Below are positions 61,226 to 64,000 of a stretch of DNA of 64,000 nt, piece by piece. Every line of letters begins with the position of its first letter. The stretch's first letter is position 1. The translations under genes and the position numbers were made by a program. Below the pieces are notes generated by a model, which saw only the letters and a program-made list of their open reading frames with translations, did no database searches and was not told the DNA's origin. Source of the stretch: Oculina patagonica (Eukaryota); the NCBI RefSeq assembly GCF_052425735.1, contig NC_135762.1, forward strand, positions 27,838,001-27,902,000, in the 5' to 3' direction.

Positions 61226-61295
61226 CTGGCGCTTTTTTGTTTTCCGAGGCAATTAACAACACAATTGCCATAAAAAACTGTGAATCAATCGCCAT
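61226..61295 (-). CDS. Candidate first exon A (signal peptide) of the beta-helix membrane protein
   Basis: MAIDSQFFMAIVLLIASENKKAP(G); phase-1 GTATAG donor compatible with the acceptor at 51640. Confidence 0.5.
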
Positions 61296-62339
61296 AACGT
61301 TAAGAAGGAGAATGAATCGCGATCACTCTTCCTTTCTTGTGTGAAGCCGTAACATATGAAAGAAAAAATCAACTCACGTGATCAAAAGGGAAATCTATTT
61401 AATGGCATAAGTATTGTTTTGCGCAGTGGCAGTTCCGAAAAAAAAAAGAACAACCACTAGTTTTCTAAATTTGAAATGGTTACGTCAGCTTACACGGCCC
61501 ATTTGTTCCTAAACAATTGTATTGTACAAAGCTGGTCTGCGATACTACTTTCGAAAACATTAATGATTTCTGTCAGGTTCATTGCACTCTTCCTAACTCT
61601 TTGTCGCCTTTTTTGTTTTATTACCAGAAAGAGCAGTGTGAGATGTTTACAAACATACCCGTAAAACCATTACTCCTTACTCTCTTCTTGGGGTTTTGAC
61701 ACGTTATGTCAATAGGACAGTTTCGATATATTAAAATTCAGCTCTGTAGCCAGGCCTGGGGGACACAAACAAAAGAAAGGCTTCATCACATAACCATTAG
61801 TATACTAATTTATTTCGATCAGTGTTACTGCTTGCAGAACAGTCACTCGACCTTGAAAAAATATATTTAATTGCCGATTAAAGTTTCATTCCTTTATCAT
61901 TATAAAAAATAGTCGACAAAACCTTCTACAAACGTCGATCTACATTTTTTTTCAAATATTTAATTATGAGCACATAAGCTGTGCCAAACGTAAAGATCGT
62001 TCCTTGAACAAAACGGAGAGAATACATTCTCATACAAAAGATGTTTTCCTTTTTTTCGTAGCTTGAAACTATTCATATTAATCATCATTGACATAAAGAA
62101 GCTGTCCTTTTGATAAGTTTAACAAAATCCGACAGTCTCGCAATTTTAAGTGCAACTCAGGCTTTTCAATGAATCTTGCTAGGTTACAAACACTTGGTGA
62201 CATAGTTCAGTCAGCGGCTTTATCAGAAAAACAGCCGGTTCTTAAGGTGTGTTCAATATGACCGAAGGTTTGCTTTAAATAACGGGGGTTTGCGTGTACT
62301 GTATTAGTTTTACACAGTTACAAACAGAGGGAACTTTAC

Positions 62340-62409
62340 CTGTTGCTGTTATGTTTGCCCAGGCAATTAACAACAAAATTGTCGTAAAAATCTGTGAATC
62401 AATCGCCAT
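62340..62409 (-). CDS. Candidate first exon B (signal peptide) of the beta-helix membrane protein
   Basis: MAIDSQIFTTILLLIAWANITAT(G); phase-1 GTAAAG donor compatible with the acceptor at 51640. Confidence 0.65.
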
Positions 62410-62633
62410 AACGTAAGAAATGAGAATGAAACTGAATGACGATGACTCTTCAGTCCTTTCTTGTGTCTGATGGAGCCGTAACATACGATAGAAAACAGTG
62501 ACGCAACTCACATGATGAAAGGGGGAATCTTTTTAATGGCGGAAGCGTTATTTTGCGTAATACGCCTTTGTCACGCTTCCGCCATGTTGGATTGAAAACG
62601 AGGCTAGCCGTGCATCCCTGGAGCCACGGCAAC

Positions 62634-64000
62634 ATGGCCGCTGCCGCGAACTTCGAATGCTGGACGAAATCGTTGAAAGCTCTTCCAGAAATCTCGCAAA
62701 AATTGGTCGAAGAATGGGCGAAGCTTGAAGCTAAGGTACCAAAAAAAGTGTTACTTCGAGCATATAGTAATTTTTGCGAAGGATACATCTTCGACGTCGA
62801 AGGTATTGTAATGTTTGAACTACGGCTTCTGTAAGTTTTGTCGGTTTGTATACTATACAAATGTTCTTAGACTTTATACTAAAAGTGTAATGAATTCACA
62901 GTGAAATCTGTCGGGCCAAGTGAGACAAACGTAAGGGCACGCAGTTATAAATCACAGCGGAAAAACGATGAACCTTGGAGGCTTCAGGTAGAATTATAAG
63001 TTTCGCTTTATTTTGCTTTTTATTTCTGTATGCATGATAAGTTAAAATAAATCTGAATAAATTCATTTGCATCTTATGTCTTACTTTAAAGGTTGAATGT
63101 TAAATACAACCAAGAATTTCAGACGATTAGAATCCTGCAATATCGGTTCTAGTCACGTTGGTGGCTTGCAGTCTTTGTTGTTGTTTGTTTTTCCACATAC
63201 ATGATCAGTTGCAAAAGTTTATGTTCTTTAATTAGAGTTTGTGTTAACGGTTTAACGCCGCTTTTTTCTTTTCTGAGGCGTTTCACTGTCATTTGATTGG
63301 TTTCAGTTTCACCAGTCACCCAACAGAAAACTGAAACTAAAGTTTATGCATAGTGCTCAAATAAGCTCTAATTTGTGAGTTCATTGTGCTAAATTTAAAG
63401 TCGACAGACATAGTTGCATTTCAATGAAAAATGGGGTATAAGTGTCCCCATTTTTAGCTAAATACTCAGACGCAAATGAAGTTTATTATTCATTCATTCA
63501 TTAATTCATTCATTTATCATTCATTCATTCATTTATCATTCATTCATTCATTCGTTCATTCATTCCTCTAGATTACATTGACAAAAACACCACACACCAA
63601 GATTGTTTCGACTGAATGTGGATGTGAGGCAGGCAGGGGAAAATGTAACCATGTTATAGGTTTATTACATCTGTTGGCCCACTATCAGGCACTTGGTCTT
63701 GAAACTGTCCCCCCAGCCATTTCAAAAACATCTTTACCACAAACATGGAATGTACCCAGCAGATCACACGGAGTAATTCCTGGGGAGGTTCAAGATCTTA
63801 CAATACAGAAGGTCAAAATTCCAGCTGGGCCTGCAAAAAGAACAGATGGAATTCGTTCTACTTTATACAACCCTATTCCCCAGGTTGTTGGTGACATTTC
63901 TATTGTTGAAGAGCTCAGAAAAGGAATTGCACAATTTCCATCAGTACAACTCAACACCTTATTACCTTCATGTTCAAATATCACTAAAGTTGGCAGTAAG
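62634..64000 (+). CDS. Spliced SWIM zinc-finger protein (transposon accessory/YqaJ-type ORF), runs off the window
   Basis: Exons 62634-62802, 62902-62987 and 63572->64000 splice in frame without stops: MAAAANFECWTKSL...GYIFDVE/VKSV...RSYKSQRKNDEPWRLQ/ITL...ECGCEAGRGKCNHVIGLL...SKTSLPQTWNVP. Confidence 0.8.
63489..63565 (+). repeat. (TTCA)n microsatellite at an intron 3' end
   Basis: Tetranucleotide run ending at the acceptor at 63571. Confidence 0.9.

Larger units (their letters stand above)
60643..62559. repeat. Tandem duplication of a ~780-bp block (60643-61424 and 61778-62559), each copy containing a signal-peptide exon
   Basis: Collinear similarity, e.g. AGGCTTCATCAC, TTCAAATATTTAATTAT, CTGTGCCAAACG.AAAGATCGT.CCTTGAACAAAACGG, GTTCAGTCAGCGGCTTT. 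Confidence 0.9.
62561..64000 (+). mobile_element. Left end of a probable ISL2EU/IS4EU-type DNA transposon
   Basis: Homology between the duplicated blocks stops abruptly at ~62559. AT.ACGCCTTTGTCACG terminus-like sequence follows, then a SWIM-finger gene typical of the accessory ORF of these elements. Confidence 0.5.

Overview
Eukaryotic, AT-rich, repeat-dense genomic DNA. It is most likely from a stony coral or other anthozoan, an inference from the opsin type and repeat families. One assembly gap lies at 1880-2143. (1) A 13+ exon minus-strand gene (22174 to <=2345) encodes a secreted EMI - EGF - 7x cbEGF - 2x Sushi protein. Its introns hold a deleted Gypsy LTR element, a young head-to-head inverted Penelope-like pair carrying hammerhead-like motifs, a Tx1/L1 LINE and many MITEs. 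(2) A tandem cluster of three intronless minus-strand opsins has two intact genes and one pseudogene. The intact genes carry unusual residues: ERY->GKY, His113, His247, and a Lys/Glu swap at position 44. The cluster also has a triplicated 3'UTR and a conserved, inverted E-box promoter block. (3) A ~1450-aa beta-helix/Cys-rich/multi-pass membrane protein is encoded by one 4.3-kb exon. It has two tandem-duplicated candidate signal-peptide first exons, and a 7.15-kb Sola3-like transposon sits in its first intron. (4) The window ends in the left end of a probable ISL2EU-type element with a spliced SWIM-finger gene. All calls come from manual reading and translation; no database searches were run.
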